A stretch of DNA of 64,000 bases from Hydrolagus colliei (lineage: Eukaryota): the NCBI GenBank assembly GCA_035084275.1, contig CM068747.1, forward strand, positions 2,976,001 through 3,040,000, given 5' to 3'. The position numbers and the translations under genes were made by a program. Shown here piece after piece: positions 24,501 to 39,500 of this stretch. Position 1 is the first letter of the stretch. Each line of letters begins with the position of its first letter. A model generated the notes under the pieces. That model saw only the letters and a program-made list of their open reading frames with translations. It made no database searches and was not told where the DNA came from.

Positions 24501-27500
24501 ACTGGCTGCATTGAATTGAGGGAAATGCTGTGGGCATCACATCTGCTGGTGAGAGTTTGAAACCCTGGGATGGATTTATTAATTGCTAATTTTTTTTCCC
24601 CATGGACACGGTCTGGTGAATTCCAATCTCTGGATACATGGGATTTGGAGAGTAGGGGATTTACTGTATTGTGTTTCAACAATTGGTCTTGGATTCCAGA
24701 AAGTTCCATTAAGGTACAATAATGTACCTAACCTTTGGCTAATAGCATTTTACCACTATAGTCTTTTTGGAAATCTTTCCACAAACAGAATTGGAAAATG
24801 TCTTGCCTTCAGTAGTGCTTGTAGTTTCTTGATCACTGGTAATGGATACAGTGGGTATGTTGGACCCAGTGGACACCTGGTCTGAGGATACATCTGAAGA
24901 GAGGAGCTGAGAATGGGGATTGTTGGTAGACACTGACGGCATATTGTTCAAGAAACGATCCTCTGCAACATAATTTATTTTCATGAACTACACCTTCAAC
25001 AATCGAACGCTGCTAAATTTCAGATACAGTGTCAGCTAGTTTACAATATGAATTTAAATGAGATTTTAAGTAAAATTCTAGTGACGGAAAGAGAGGTATC
25101 CACAGAATAGCTGTGTATTGTAAAACAATTCTGTAGATACACTGTATTCAGTTATTTGTTATATGGAGTGCTGAATTAATTCAATTTCCTACGCAAATAA
25201 TACACTGACTGTATTAAATTTCAAATTCTGAATTAATACAGTCAGTGTATTATTTGCGTAGGAAAGCTAATATGAACTGAATGTAACGTCTTGCTGTTGA
25301 TCCCTGTATTGCTGAGTTACCCCATCTTAGCTGGGGTGGAAGTGGCACAAATGAGTGTACACTTCCTTCTGAAAAAAGAAAATACTGTTGTTATTCCTGA
25401 TTAGTATCCAGTTATCTAGTGCTGAAAACACAAGTAGATGTCGATATTGGCCAAAGAGAAGAATTGTTGTCAACTGAGATGCCCTTCTCAGTTCTGCAGT
25501 TTGCCAAAAACAGATTCTAGATTCACAATACTTTGCTGCCTTCAGGAAAAGAGGGGAGAAGAAAGTCTACCAAAAGTTATCTCATAACTTTTACATTACA
25601 GACTAGAGGAAAATAAGTCAAATTTCCAATTTGTATTTAGATTGTCTTAAAAAATTAGCAGTGATGGTGGTAAGAGGTTACAACTTAATAGCTTGTTTGT
25701 AGACAACTGAAAGGTACCAGTGCTTTGTGACGTTCTCCCGACATGAAAGTTACTCTACAAATGTAATTTTGTTGTTGTTGTTCTACCTATTCTTTGCCAG
25801 AGGATTAAATGACGTATTACCATCACTTCATGTCTCTAAATGCTATGTGGATTCTTCAGTTTGTCTGCATGCTTGGTATTCAAATACAATGTCCATACAG
25901 CATTGAAAAAGTATTATTTAATCTGTTCTCTGCCCTGGGGAGATTCAGAGACGAGGCAAAATGCAGGAGAATGAGGTGAGAACAGGAGTGCAAAGCAGTC
26001 TCTCTCACATAATTCACCATGTGAGAGAAGCATCTGTATGCATCTGAAATCAAAGTTTGTTTCCTATCCTGGAATGGATTGAAGGAACAGGCAGTTTTGC
26101 TTCAAATTGATACGAGAAATAACTAAACCAAACCTTTATCTCCATTCTGTAATCCTGGGGAAGAATTCCGTGGAGATGTATCCTGTACATTGCTCTGTGG
26201 CAAGACAGAAAAAAAATACTTTATTAATACAGCTAATCTAGACCTAGGAGGATGTCTGCTCATGTCAATCACGATTTGTTCAAATACAATGTACATCTTA
26301 CTAAAAGGTAATAAAACATTTATTGCAATGACACAAAGCATATAGAAACTCTCTCAAACCCACATCAGGCTGCAAATGCACGAGAATAAAAGTGGCACAA
26401 AGCATCATCAAAAACAAATATACATACCAATCAATCTATATGTAATTTAGGGCAGTCTAACAAATGAGTAACATATTACAGGAGCAAGCTAGTAATATCT
26501 GAATCTGCTGGAAGAGGTTGGCTTGATCCCTCCTTCCCAAACACAACCACTATCTTATTTCTAATAACTAATTTCTAATAATCAGGCAAGAATTTAAATA
26601 CCTTGGTTTCTTCAGTTGATCTCAATCTACCAGGACTTGCTGGAACAGTTGGCCGTTTTCGTCCCTTTTCTTGTTGAAAAAGATCCTGTAGCCTAAAAGA
26701 AAAGTGGTCTTCTAAATGGCATGTAGTACTCAGTTAATGTACAGTTAATTCACTTTATAGTGTATTGTGAAGTACTGTAAGAAGTCTTAATGGCTTGATA
26801 AGCTGCTACGTCAAATGCAAGGATTTTTATTATAATGAACCTCAGCTGGTACATATCGATGCATGTAAACTATGCTATAATCTACATAAATTAGTTGTCG
26901 GTATGTGTCGCACAATAATTCTATCAAAGAAACTTTCATTACTCTGAAGAATTTGTCATGTCATCAAAGCAACCTGAACTGTTACCTGTTATTCCAAGCT
27001 TGTAATAACTCGCACAGGTTCTGTATTTTTGTAATTAAACAATCGTCCACAAGCTGTAGCTGAGGAAGGTTGTCATTTGGAAAAGAATGTAATCTTGCCT
27101 GTGTTTTCTCAAACCAACTCCTGAAATCTGTCTCTTCCATCTGCATTTAAGAATAAATACACTTCAGTTTCTGGAGAAAATCAGATCTAAATATAGCCAA
27201 AGTAAGCAATATACCAAACATTATTTTATCAGCTGTAACAAAAATTGGCAAGAAAAGGACCATACGTCTTTCTGTGCAAACAAATCTTCAATCTTTTCTT
27301 CTCTTGTTTTATTGAAGGTATCAGTTTTTAGAGACACGAGGCGATCATCCACTGCTAGATAGATCTGTGATACCCTAAATTATGACAAAGCGTTAGCAAA
27401 AGCATTTGGTAAAACTCTATACAAATGTAAAAAATTATGCTCATTTAGTGTTCCAACTAACTTTTGTGAAAATTCCTTCAAATCCTGGATTATCGCGAGT

Positions 27501-30500
27501 TTGGATGGCGTTGCATGTTTAATGCGGATGTCTAGTGGTGGAAGGCAGACTTCAAGCAATCTAATGGGGGCAAAGCTGGTAGATCAAAAATAAAAACAAA
27601 TTAGCACAAGTTGAGGTCAGCAACAACAGCAAATTCTACTGAAAAATTCAATATCTGAAAATTGATGCAATCATGCATATTTAAACTGCTAAAATAAAAT
27701 AACTATTCTTTTCCACAAACACAATGTCTAAACTATATACAGCGACATTTTATAACTAACCACAATGGTGGTTAGAAGTTAAACATTAAGATGCCAAATT
27801 GAAAGAATCAAAACAGAAAGAACATGGGAGGAGCATGTCAGGAGAAAGAGAAAAACTTGCCTTTTATTATAGTACATATCACATAAAAATCTATAGTGGT
27901 TAATTTTTTAAAAAAGGAATTTAAGAGATTAATGCACTACATTTCCTTTAAAAGCTATGGGAGCAGCGGTGGATGGAATTACTGGATACATTAAATTTGA
28001 AATAAAGAATACTACATTTACATAGCAGGCTAAGGATAGGCCTCCTTAGTATGTACCTGAAAGATGCAACCATCTGATTATAGGAAAAATACTGGTGGTA
28101 ATCATGGTGCATAGAGTGACCACATGGCTCTGCATTTGCTCTGCGTGTATACTGATGACCATAGAACCTCAATTCCAGATACTTGGCAAAGGACATGGAC
28201 CAAGAGTCCCTGGAAAGTGGAACCACCGGAGTTACCTAAAATCACACACACGTTAAATACACCACAAACAGGAACAAAAATACAAAACACAAGATAAATC
28301 ATTTTAAATCCAACAGCACTACTCAATTCTGTAGCATTTAGCAAGAGCACATTATCAGCGTTATCTAATAGCAGATAATGAATTGCCTCCTGACGTGAAA
28401 GGCGCTATACAAGTGTAATTTTGTTGTTGTTGTGGTTGTAGTACTCTGTCTGAACACTACTCTTTAGTAACTCATGATTGCTATCTACCTGTTTGCACAT
28501 TCTGCACCAGGAATAGGTGAGGATTGTGTGTTGGTAACCAGGTACAGGAGAGTCCAGCTCTTTTAATACAATTTGTACACATCCGTTACCATGGACAAAA
28601 CGGCGTATATGGTGCACCATAGGAGTTTCACAGAACATACTGGGGCACTGGTAGGAAGGTCTAAAAAAAAAGAGAAATAAAAATGCAAAAGTTGTCAGAT
28701 CAAAAGACATTTAAATTTGTCTAAGATTATATTGATCTACATAAATTGTGCTGATGTCAAGACAACGTACAAGTATAAGCATATCTGTGAAAACTTGAAT
28801 ATCACCTTTGTCATAAGTACCCAGCACAAGATAAGGTCATTCTTGTCAGCGTAATGTAAAAGAAATGTACTCACCTAAAACAATACCTCTCTAAAAACAC
28901 TCCCAAAGTGAGATCATTTTTCCCGTAAAATTCCATTGTGACAATCCTAAAAATAAAGAGAAAAAAACAGATAAGCAGGAAATTGAAGACATCTAGTGAA
29001 ATAAAACACAGACATTCAATTGCATTTACATACCATAAAATGCACAATTAAAAGGCAGATTAAACACATTTTGACCGCAATTTGAAAGTTTAATTTACAA
29101 TACAAGACAGAAGAGTTCATATCCTTCAACAGATCGTTGAGAGTCAGCTCCTAAAGCTGCCCATTACTCAAAACTCCAGCTTGTCCTTAGTCATGCAAGT
29201 CAAGACAGTGATGCTCTTATTTTAGGCATTTCACAGCAGTGACAAATATATTACAGTATATAAACAACAACGAATAAATATTATAATCCAACCAGACACT
29301 GGCATTGCAAATATATTTCAGTCTGTCCATACAATTAGTTTGGAATATTGGTATGTCAGAACTTGTCTTGCAGACACAAATAACGCATTTGTTGGAACAC
29401 TTTGTTTTTGTTTGTTGCTGAGGAAGAAATTCACTTATCAGACACAGGTAGAGAGAATGAGGTACAGTACCTACAAAAATCATCTGCATTTTTGAACACT
29501 TCAATACAAGGCACAATCTATATTTTACAGGTGACAGATCAGCTGGCGCTATCAACTATGAACCAATTTGGATGTTTGTGACAGTTATTAATTTAGAAAC
29601 ATACAGTATTCACATTTGAAAATATCAGACTTGTATAAAAGGATGTCATAGATTTCATTCATCTCCTTACACGCCAGACACCACAGTCCAGCAATAAATC
29701 TGCTCGGAAGCCTCCTCCAATACTGTCCGCAAATTAGGTAGTGGGAACTGCTGACGGACAAAATGCATTACTTTGGTTTCTTTCAGTCACCTGCACCTGC
29801 TTCACTCTTTCTACAGAAAAGATACTTCTCCACTGAATTTTCCGCGGATCATACAAACAAGAACAAGGATGAACTTTACTCCATGTTACACTGTGCTTCA
29901 GCATCATCCTACTATTCTCTTGTCAGGTAATTAATGAGACGTAATACACTGAATACGTTACTGATAACTGTGATAGAAATTCTTTCATTACAGTAGGATA
30001 CCAGAATACTGTAACAGCACTTATATATTACCAAATATTGTAGTTACATTTGAAGGGCAGCAATCCATCCATCATATTCAAAATAATCAAACAATGGCAA
30101 CAAAAATTGGGAGCAGGTTATAGATTTCTCAAACATATAATTATAACATGCACCTGTTACTAGAGTTTTAGTTTTTCTGTTACAGGTGATTTACCATATA
30201 CCATAAGCAAGTTCAATATGATTTTGAATAATACAGAATTTAGAAACATTGGGATTATGCAAAAATACCCATAAATTCACCCAAGACCAATCCTGAGAAA
30301 GAGTTGGTAGAGGCTCAGTGGAACTGAAAACCAGAAACAAACCCAAACCTCTTTGTTTTTACTCAAGTAGTGAAGTCATGCAAAATGTAATAGTAAAAGG
30401 TTACTTGCCATGGACTGACGCATGAATTTGGTGCATTGCTTGACTGAACAGAAGAACTACTGAAGAGAACACAAAGCTTCTGATGGTTTGCAGGGCTCAA

Positions 30501-33500
30501 GCAGTCGACCTTCAAAGCAAATACACTTAAGTTGATAAACAATCGCCTAAAACTCCACATACAATATGCCACACAAAGGTAACCTGCAAATACTTGATGT
30601 AAACTTATTTTTATTTGGGTTTCATAGGGCACCAAACAATGGTGAAATCAAATGACGTTTCTAAGGCATCAATGCAATATGAAAACATACACTATTCAGC
30701 AAGAATAAATTTGATGCAGCAGATAGCAATAGAATGAAAAAAATATTTGTGATGTCTTTACCTTTGATGACCACACAAACTCACTCGGAGTCTGAGCTCT
30801 CTGAATTTCCTCTTCCCCATCTTTTGTGGGTGCTGTATTGTTGTCTTCCTTGCACTGTACAAAGGGATCTATTTCTTGGTTCTTTAACCGACCACCTCTA
30901 GCCCTGTAGTCCGCTAGCACCTTTGACAAGCTTTGATTATTTCCTAAGGACTCGGTTATTCTGGTACTGAGCAGATCATGGGATGGCAGAATGTGAGTTG
31001 ACTTTGCCTGCACATTCCCATTCATTCCCTGAAGGCTTGTCAAGTCTTTCAGAAACTGTTTCTTTCTCCTGAACTCAATTTCCTTAATATCTTTGTGTAA
31101 AAGAGGAGACCAGTAGACTTGTTCTGGGAAATAATCTCTTGTCGGACACTTCATGCCCTTTTCGGTCAACAAAAAGGGTTCTTTAAAAATAATGAATGGA
31201 GATATGCAAAGGATGACGTCTTTTAATTCCTGTTTGAATGCTACAGAATGGGTCTTCAGCCTATCATCTGAAGAAGTGACATGCTCGGTGATGAACAGAT
31301 CCGTATCGTCTTGGAGTGGATCACGGAAAGGTTTGAGCGCACTACCTTGTGGCTGATCACTACCTCCTGTATCAGAATCGCTTAACTTTGGCTGCTCTTT
31401 TTGTGGGAATTCTGGACAGACATCTAAAGAAGTCTGTTCTCCTTTACTGTCCGATATCTCAGGTATTGCTGTATGCAGAATGGATATTGTATGCTGGTCA
31501 AGAAATGGGATCACAAAGTCCACAGGTGGTTTATCAAGTGGAGGGGCTTCAGGCTTTACAAACACACTTTCTTGAGAAGCACTTTTCCTCAGTGGTTTCT
31601 CCTCCTCTTCATAAAGTGCATTTGAACAGTCAAACGTAGGAGCCAGTGCAAATTCAGAGAGTATAGTAATGCCATCCATTGTACTATCAGAATCTTTAGA
31701 AAGGTTGCTCAGCTCTTCGTTAAACAAATCCTGCTTATCAGTGTCAGTCATTTCACTGTCAATGATGGAATGGATTGATCCACTTTTAGATAAACTAGGA
31801 GGCATTGCAAATTCATCCATAAGGAAAGAGATCTCCAGTTGAGAATGATAAGCTACACACACCATGAATATAAGGATTTCTTTCACTCTTGCTAATTCAT
31901 ATTCTGATGCACCTCTCAGCTTCACAGTGCAGCCCAAATGCTGAGCACATCCTTCAAAAAACATCAGTGTTTTTGCTTGACCTGAATGAGGAAAGAAAAT
32001 CTGAGGTTAAATGAAAGTGATTCCAAATTAGAATCCTTTACAATCTTTAAATACAAAACTCTCCCTCACCCTACCCCTATTTGTGAGAAGGGCAAATAAT
32101 TGTTTCAATATATCTTGAAGGTTTTTTGATGAGTGGGTAACAGTTTAATAATAATAATCCTTGCATTTGATATAGCACTTTTCACTTCTTATTGATGTCT
32201 CAAAGCACTTCACAGAATATACTGTAAAGTGAATTGACTGTATATTTGTGGGTGAAACAGCCAATTGCGCACAGCAGTGTCCCACAAACAGTCGTGGATT
32301 GAAATGACCAATTTTATTGGGTTTCAGTTTCTGGGTTTGAAGAGAAGAAAACGAAAAACATGCAGTATTTAGACTTTTGACTTTTATCCAGCAATATGCT
32401 AAGTTGGTGTAAATCAGGAAAGCACGTTTATGTTAGCTGTAGATTACATTGGGCTTGGCTGACATGCCCCCAATGCCAAAGTAGCTTGCCAAAAGCAATT
32501 TCCTAAATTTACATGCGAAGAATGACCACTGGATTCGCACCCCAGTATGACTGACAGTCTTCAGTGGAGGATAAGGAAGGTACAAAAGCATTCCAATTTA
32601 ACAGTTTCTCACCATTAGGTAGCTGGAATGGTTGAAGATAAAATTTATGGCAAGTTCCAAGACGTGGTTTTGTAAGAAGCTGATCCATTGACATAACCAA
32701 ATCCCCCTGTGTAACACGGCTCACTCGGTCCAGGACTTGCTATGGGAAAAATGCAGAAATATGTGTACAGTAAGAAGTTTCAACACAAACATAAATCTAA
32801 ACCTTGTTTATACTTTAATATCTGCATGAAGTGTTTTACTGTAGTCAGCCTATTGTAGCAGTATTATGAGCAGAGCCAAAACAAAAATATATATATATTT
32901 TTAATCGGGAATCAATATTCAAAAGGGAAAGGGTTTTTGGTTGTTACTTAATTCTTTATATTTCCTTCCTGTTGATAATGATCAAATTAGAACATGCATT
33001 TTGTAAAATTGCATAACTCACAGAAACAAAACCAGTTCAACTACCTGATCTGGCCAATTATAGGCAAACACCCATGAAGCTTTAGAAAGACCTTCGAAGA
33101 ACATTTTTTTCATTTATCCACTACCAAACAAAACTTGGAATGCAACAAACGTGCAAAAATATATTACATGCTACAAGACAGTTACACAGCATTTTTATTA
33201 TATTAATTATGTTAATGGTGTAAATGTTTGTGTTGATGAAAATTAGGCAATGAGGGTAAACAAAACTGGAATACTCACTGCCTTTACATTTATAACCAAG
33301 GTAATGCCATGTTCAAGAAGCATATCCTGAGCGATTCGAGAAACCGTCTTCTCCACAAGAACCAAATTTGGTCGAACATCTACTATTCGCTGGACATAGT
33401 TCTTTAGAAATTCTCTTTCCTAATAATATAAATATATTCATTGCTGATGAACATGTTGTACACTGAAATTAAAACACTGAAAAACAACAATGCTGAATTC

Positions 33501-36500
33501 AGCTATTGTGACACTTATTTTAAGTTGTTATATTGGGAGTTAATCAAATTTCAAATATCTTACATCCAGTACATGTAGGTTGGAATTTTAAAGCGCAAAT
33601 ATATATATATCTACATATCTAAATAAGTAAATATTCCTTGCATTTGATATAGGACCACATGCCTCATTATAGGGCATTAAGACATCTCAAAACACATCAG
33701 AGAATACATCGTACTCTGTACATTGTGAATTATATTTTGTGCGAAAAACGCGGCAGCCAATTGCGCACAGCAGTGTCCCACAAACAGACGTGGATTAAGT
33801 GTCCAAATTACGAAAATAAGTAAAATCATTTTGATTTTAAAAGCTAATGTATAGTATATATATTACATTTTTAAAAACAAACACACCTGTAGAACAATCG
33901 GATCTATGCAGGTGAACTTGGTCTCCTCTCTATAGAGATATTCGATGGAACATTTCAACAGCAAAATCTTAGGAGTTTTTATGTAAGAATTCATCTGGAT
34001 AATATCAAAACAACAGTTAAAGTAAGAACACAAAATAAAAATGATTGAATATAAGTAACTGTTCATATTAAAGACAGAAGTTAAGCAGAGTCAGAAGAAG
34101 CTGATCCTCACCTTCTTATGTGCAATGTTTTTTGTGCACACAAACCCATTCACAACAGCAGAATCAAACTTTTTCCCACCAGGTATCTAAAAATGATTAA
34201 AGAATAAAGTGTAATGCAAATGTAATATTTGAAAAGCAAAATCTTTTAGCTGATAAACCTTAGCTTCAAACAAGGTTAGGAAATGCAAAAATCAATTGGT
34301 TGCCCAACAGGTAATTAACTTTGAACAGAATGCTGAGCAATTCTGAGCTCTTCCAGAGAGCTGTGCTGCATTCAAGTGATTCAAAGAAAATCCTTGGATT
34401 GGATTATTTCATAATATGTCACACTGACGATCATTTATGTACAAGTGTATCTTCCAAGTTGGCATTACCTTTTTGATATGTACGAACTGGCGGATATCCA
34501 TGTCATCATCATTGTTCTTGACATCTGGTCGCACAGTCTGCACTACCTGGCGAACCACAGGAACAATTATGTCTCTCCAGGAAAGTGAGAGAGACTCACT
34601 GTACAAGAGCTGCTGTAGTAAGGCCATCATATGATTATGGTTTGCAGAACTGTATAGAAAGCAAAGGTATAAAATAGATTCAGGAAAATGCTGTGCATTT
34701 TAACAAAACCAAGGTATTAAATTGGAAACTAAATGAACAATGCCACACTCGTTAATGATGAAAAAAATCTTTGAATTTTCTGCACTTGATTTGTCCTGTA
34801 AAAGGGCTAATCTGAACCAAGGAAATGAGTGTGTCTACTACATAGAAAGTGAAAACATATAAAATATACAATTATTGCTTAATTTCCCATGTACACATAT
34901 CAAATGTTCATCACCTGCTTCAGCTTAACTATCAGTAAAAAACTGGCAATAAAATGAGAGCAAATTAATAAACACCACCTGCATACTTAAGGTTATATCC
35001 TGAATCAAATAGAAATTACGTTTTTTATTTGAAACCTATCATGCTTAAGAGTATCTAAACAGCGCAAAATATGTGTGTCACCTCCCCATATTTCTAGGCA
35101 AGAGAATGTACATTCTCTCCCTGGTTACCTTATTCCAGACAATATTAGGTGCATATTAGCAAGGCTTGAGGACCCCAGTGTGTGCGTTGGGATACTGCTG
35201 TAGTTTAACCAGCTAAAACTGCAACGCACACCACTGAAAGCACTGCCTAGCAAGCTTCCTATTACTCGTCCAGCTAGGATCCTATCCATTAGGCTTTGAG
35301 TAATAGGCTTTGGCATGCAGGGTCGACAGAAGATAAGAGGGAAGATTCCCTGCTCAGTGACTGGTCTGCAGTTGACGAGCCAGATTGGATGGTTTGTCAT
35401 CATTGGTGCCCTGGAATGCAGAGCAGTACCAGCTCAAGAACCAGCCTACGGAGACTACCATGGTGGGTTGACTCAATTCTGCCAGTTCACTGTAAAACAT
35501 TTCTTGCCAGCTCACCTGCTTACTTCCTCACCTCAAAGAGTGAATTATATACCGTATCACTTTGTTTTCAAGTTTACTTTCATATTTTTGTCTTAAAATG
35601 TTAAAACAGCACTTCACATGCAATTTAACAATCAAGCATTTGTATTTTTGTGCACAGAAGGTGCATTTATCTGAAAAGTTAAGACACATACATATGGGAT
35701 TTCATCAAACTTTCCCATCAAAAACATGGAAATAGAACTATGTTTACAAGCTTCCATCTCTACCATATACTGTACTCTTACAGTAATCTCTCCATTGCTT
35801 GCTTCTCGCCGTTTTCTTCCCTGAGCTGTTCTAGAGAGCTGTGATGCCATCCAAGTGGTGTAAAAAGAAGATCCTTCGATTTTTCTTCAACCCGACGATT
35901 AAACAAAGATTCTAAGGGAAAATACAGCTGTAATTTAGAATATCCATTTAAAATTTACACGGTATACATTTGAAAAAAACTACTGAAATACTACAAATAA
36001 ATATTTTATATATATATATATTAAGCCCATCCTGAATCGACTCAATTAATTAAAACAGCAAAGGACCATGTCAAACATTCTGCAATCTTGTCTGCAATGC
36101 AATCTTCACATAGAGTTGTGTTGTTTGTTTAAACTGATGAATACATGCAACCAATCAAAACTGCAACAATTATCTGACATATTCCTCAACCATGGGTATT
36201 TCAAACATTCAGGAAGGTTTACGATTCTGCATTCATAAGAAGTTCCATTAAAAAGGAGATAACTCAGTTTATACCTTTATGAAAATTCTGCCATATCTTT
36301 CACTTACCTTTGATAAAGGCATCACTTATGGCAATGATTTGTTGCACACCATCTTCAGATACCAGGAGCTCTGTCAAACAAATCAAGTAATTGGTTTAAA
36401 AAGCTCTGAATACATACTTAGCTTTATATCCTTTCTTCAGAGGGCAGTCTCCATATCTAAAAAATATTTCCAGAACAGAGATCAACAGTTTTAGAAACTT

Positions 36501-39500
36501 TTGAATGTAAAGTTGATCCAGTTTACCATCTGAGTGTACCCCATTTCTTAAAGGAACTGTAGAATTCAAACAGTACCATGGCAAGTTGGTTTAACAATGT
36601 TCCACAATGTCCTCTTCTGAATAATGGTTACTGTCAAGAGTTAAACACTTATAAGCATATCACAATAAAGTTTGATGCATGTTACAGAAAAGTCATTTGG
36701 TCAAGATCACACAGTGCAAATCAAAATCATAACTCATTTTACTCGCAAATTATAGTCTTTCAGCGATAATGAAACAAAGTTAGGAAGCTTGAGATGCAAT
36801 AAGGTGCCTGAACAGCAGCAGCATTGTGATGGCTGTTATAACTAGACTATAGTCCCAAATTAGAGGTCAATAAAGGTGAAAAATAAACAAAACAGGGACA
36901 TAGAGTTTCCACACATCCAGCATGGCAGAACAGATAGCAGCACAATACAGTATCTAGGAAGCAGTAAGTCAATAGCAGTGCACAAGCTGGTTACAGAGCA
37001 GGTTACCGTTTTATCATGCAGACGTCTGGGGAAAGCTATGGCAGTCATGACATGCCCTAAACCGGACATGCCCTAAACCGGAAACGCTAATTTATTTGGG
37101 GAGGAGAGAGATATGGGGAAGTGAGAGGGAAAAAGGGTCAGGATCCTTCAATTCCAGGAAGCCAGCATAAACAATGTGTAAAGAGAACCAGGTATTCAGA
37201 GGTGATAGGGCATTATACAATCAAAACTACAACTTTTATGAGGAAATTTGACTCAAAATCAAAACCTAGGCTGGGAAACTCTGCACTAACTATGGATTAT
37301 CAGCCATCATTTAATTTTTAGTGAAACTTTTGCTTTCCTGGGTGTTTTATTAATCCTAAACAATGGGCTAGACACTAGGCCTGTCACTGGGTGCTTCCCT
37401 TTCATACCTTTCTGATCTGCTGGATGTGGTGGGACATACGGATACTTGGAATGTTTCTTGATATGAAAGTTGACATTGTCCAGTTCCACATTTAGGCTGA
37501 TAGAGGCGGCAGAGTCACTGTCCACGACTGACTGAAAGCTGCTTACTGATGTACGCTTGCTAGGGCTGGAAGAGCCTGTAAAAAATGATTATGTCCGTGT
37601 TCGTGGAAATTCAGGCAAAACACTTTCAGCATAGGGCATGCAAGTTTTGTACCTCCAACTGCTTCTTTAGTAAGAACAAGCAACAATAAATAAGGTTAAT
37701 AAATAATCCAGTAAACTGTGGCCTGTATTGTACCGGGAAATTGTTAGACTCAAACACTCATCATAAGGAGTCCGGTAGCTCAGTCGTGAGAGCACTTGCC
37801 TTGCAAGCGAAAGACCTGGGTTCAATTCCAGGCAGGTCAGGAAGAAACCTTGGACAAGTTTCCTTACTCCACACACCTGATAATAATCTCTCAAATTTTT
37901 TTAAAAATTTAATTGGTCATTTCAATCCACGATATTGTTATGCGCAATTGGCTGCCGCGTTTCGCTACATATATACAGTCAATTCACTTTGCAGTATATT
38001 CTGTGAGCGCTTTGAGATGTTGAGAAGACGGGAAAAGTGCTATATCAAACGCAAGGATTATTATTATTAACCCCTGTATTTCTTTGTTGTGGAAAATTAG
38101 TCTACATCATACTATTTTTCAATATTTCTGTTAATATTAAACAATTTGGGCCTGGAATGAATACCATCATTTTTTCCATTCCACAACTCTTTTTGCTTCA
38201 AACTTTCTGTCCGGGCTTTTTTTTTTGAGTGTCATAATGTATTTGCATTTTAAATCATGCATGGCCACAGTATGCTTATGGTGAAATCTAAGTTAGCAAC
38301 ATGCAGGCGTTGCAGGTTATGCAGTTTAATTTATTCTACAGACATGTAAAAGTCTTTCTTGCCAAATAAACTAGTTCCCTAGGTACCCTACAACCTGAAT
38401 TTGCAGAATGTGTTTTATAAAATTGAAATTCTTGGAAGAGAGGAAGCTTATACATATGCAATAATGCATGAGGACCTGTTATTTATGGCCAACTTATGTA
38501 ATGCATTTGAGCTTTTTTGAATAAAATGGTAAAAAGGAACTGTTCAGATTTGTAAGAAAATTCAAAAGTACAACATATAAAGAGGGCATGGATTAGATGT
38601 TTGGCACAGAATCCTGGTTGATTTGTATTTTCCTTCAATTTCAACTTCAATTTTTGCTACACTTCATTAAGTAAACCTAGTTCTGGAATTCCCAATAAAG
38701 TTTGATTCCACTCTCTCCATGAATAAAATGATAAAAGGTAAACTGTGCAGATTTGAAAATAGTAAGAAAATGAAATAGTATAACATATACAGAAGGCATA
38801 GATTATATTTTTGGCACAGAATTCATCTACAGAAGATAAACTTGTTGTGAGGAACATATTAAACTGAAGTTCTAACTGGACAAAAACAAGCCCCACTTAA
38901 GGTCAAATCAAGGTGATTTTGTTTTAATGCCTGCGGCCACATTTTAGTGAAATGCACATTAACACACAGAGAAAAATTACCTCAAGGATTTTATAAATTT
39001 ACCAAAGTGGGGAAGGCAAAAAACACAACAAGGGAAAAAGAAATGCACCAGTCATCCAAGGTTGAGCTGAACAACAGAGAACAAACACAGGTATGAACAG
39101 TTTAAATTACAGAAGATACAAAAGGAAAACCAATGTAAAACCAATTGGACCATTTAAGAGATGAGAATACTGTGTAGAAAACCTATTTTCCTGAACCAAG
39201 TGATAATGCTTATCAAGGCACTGCGGACAAACAGGAAAAATTGCATCAGTTAAACAATCTGTATTGGCAAATTCTAAATGGGAAAATTAAATAATTCCTT
39301 GCCATTTCAAATAAAAGTTAGAAATACATGCCAACAGAAAAACTTTTAATTATTGTTTATGAAATGGGAGTGAATAACGTGTATATGCATCACATTATTA
39401 TAAGATTATCACAATAAATACAACTCTGTTGATTCTCAGAAAAATTATTCAAATAAATTCACATATTTACTGCAATGCAGACAGATATTTGGACAAAAGG

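Noticed and set aside
37768-37840. tRNA-Ala(TGC)-like sequences, also at about 13850, 48298 and 55680
   Set aside because: They continue into a shared SINE body and tail and lack a proper acceptor stem; SINE heads, not tRNA genes.
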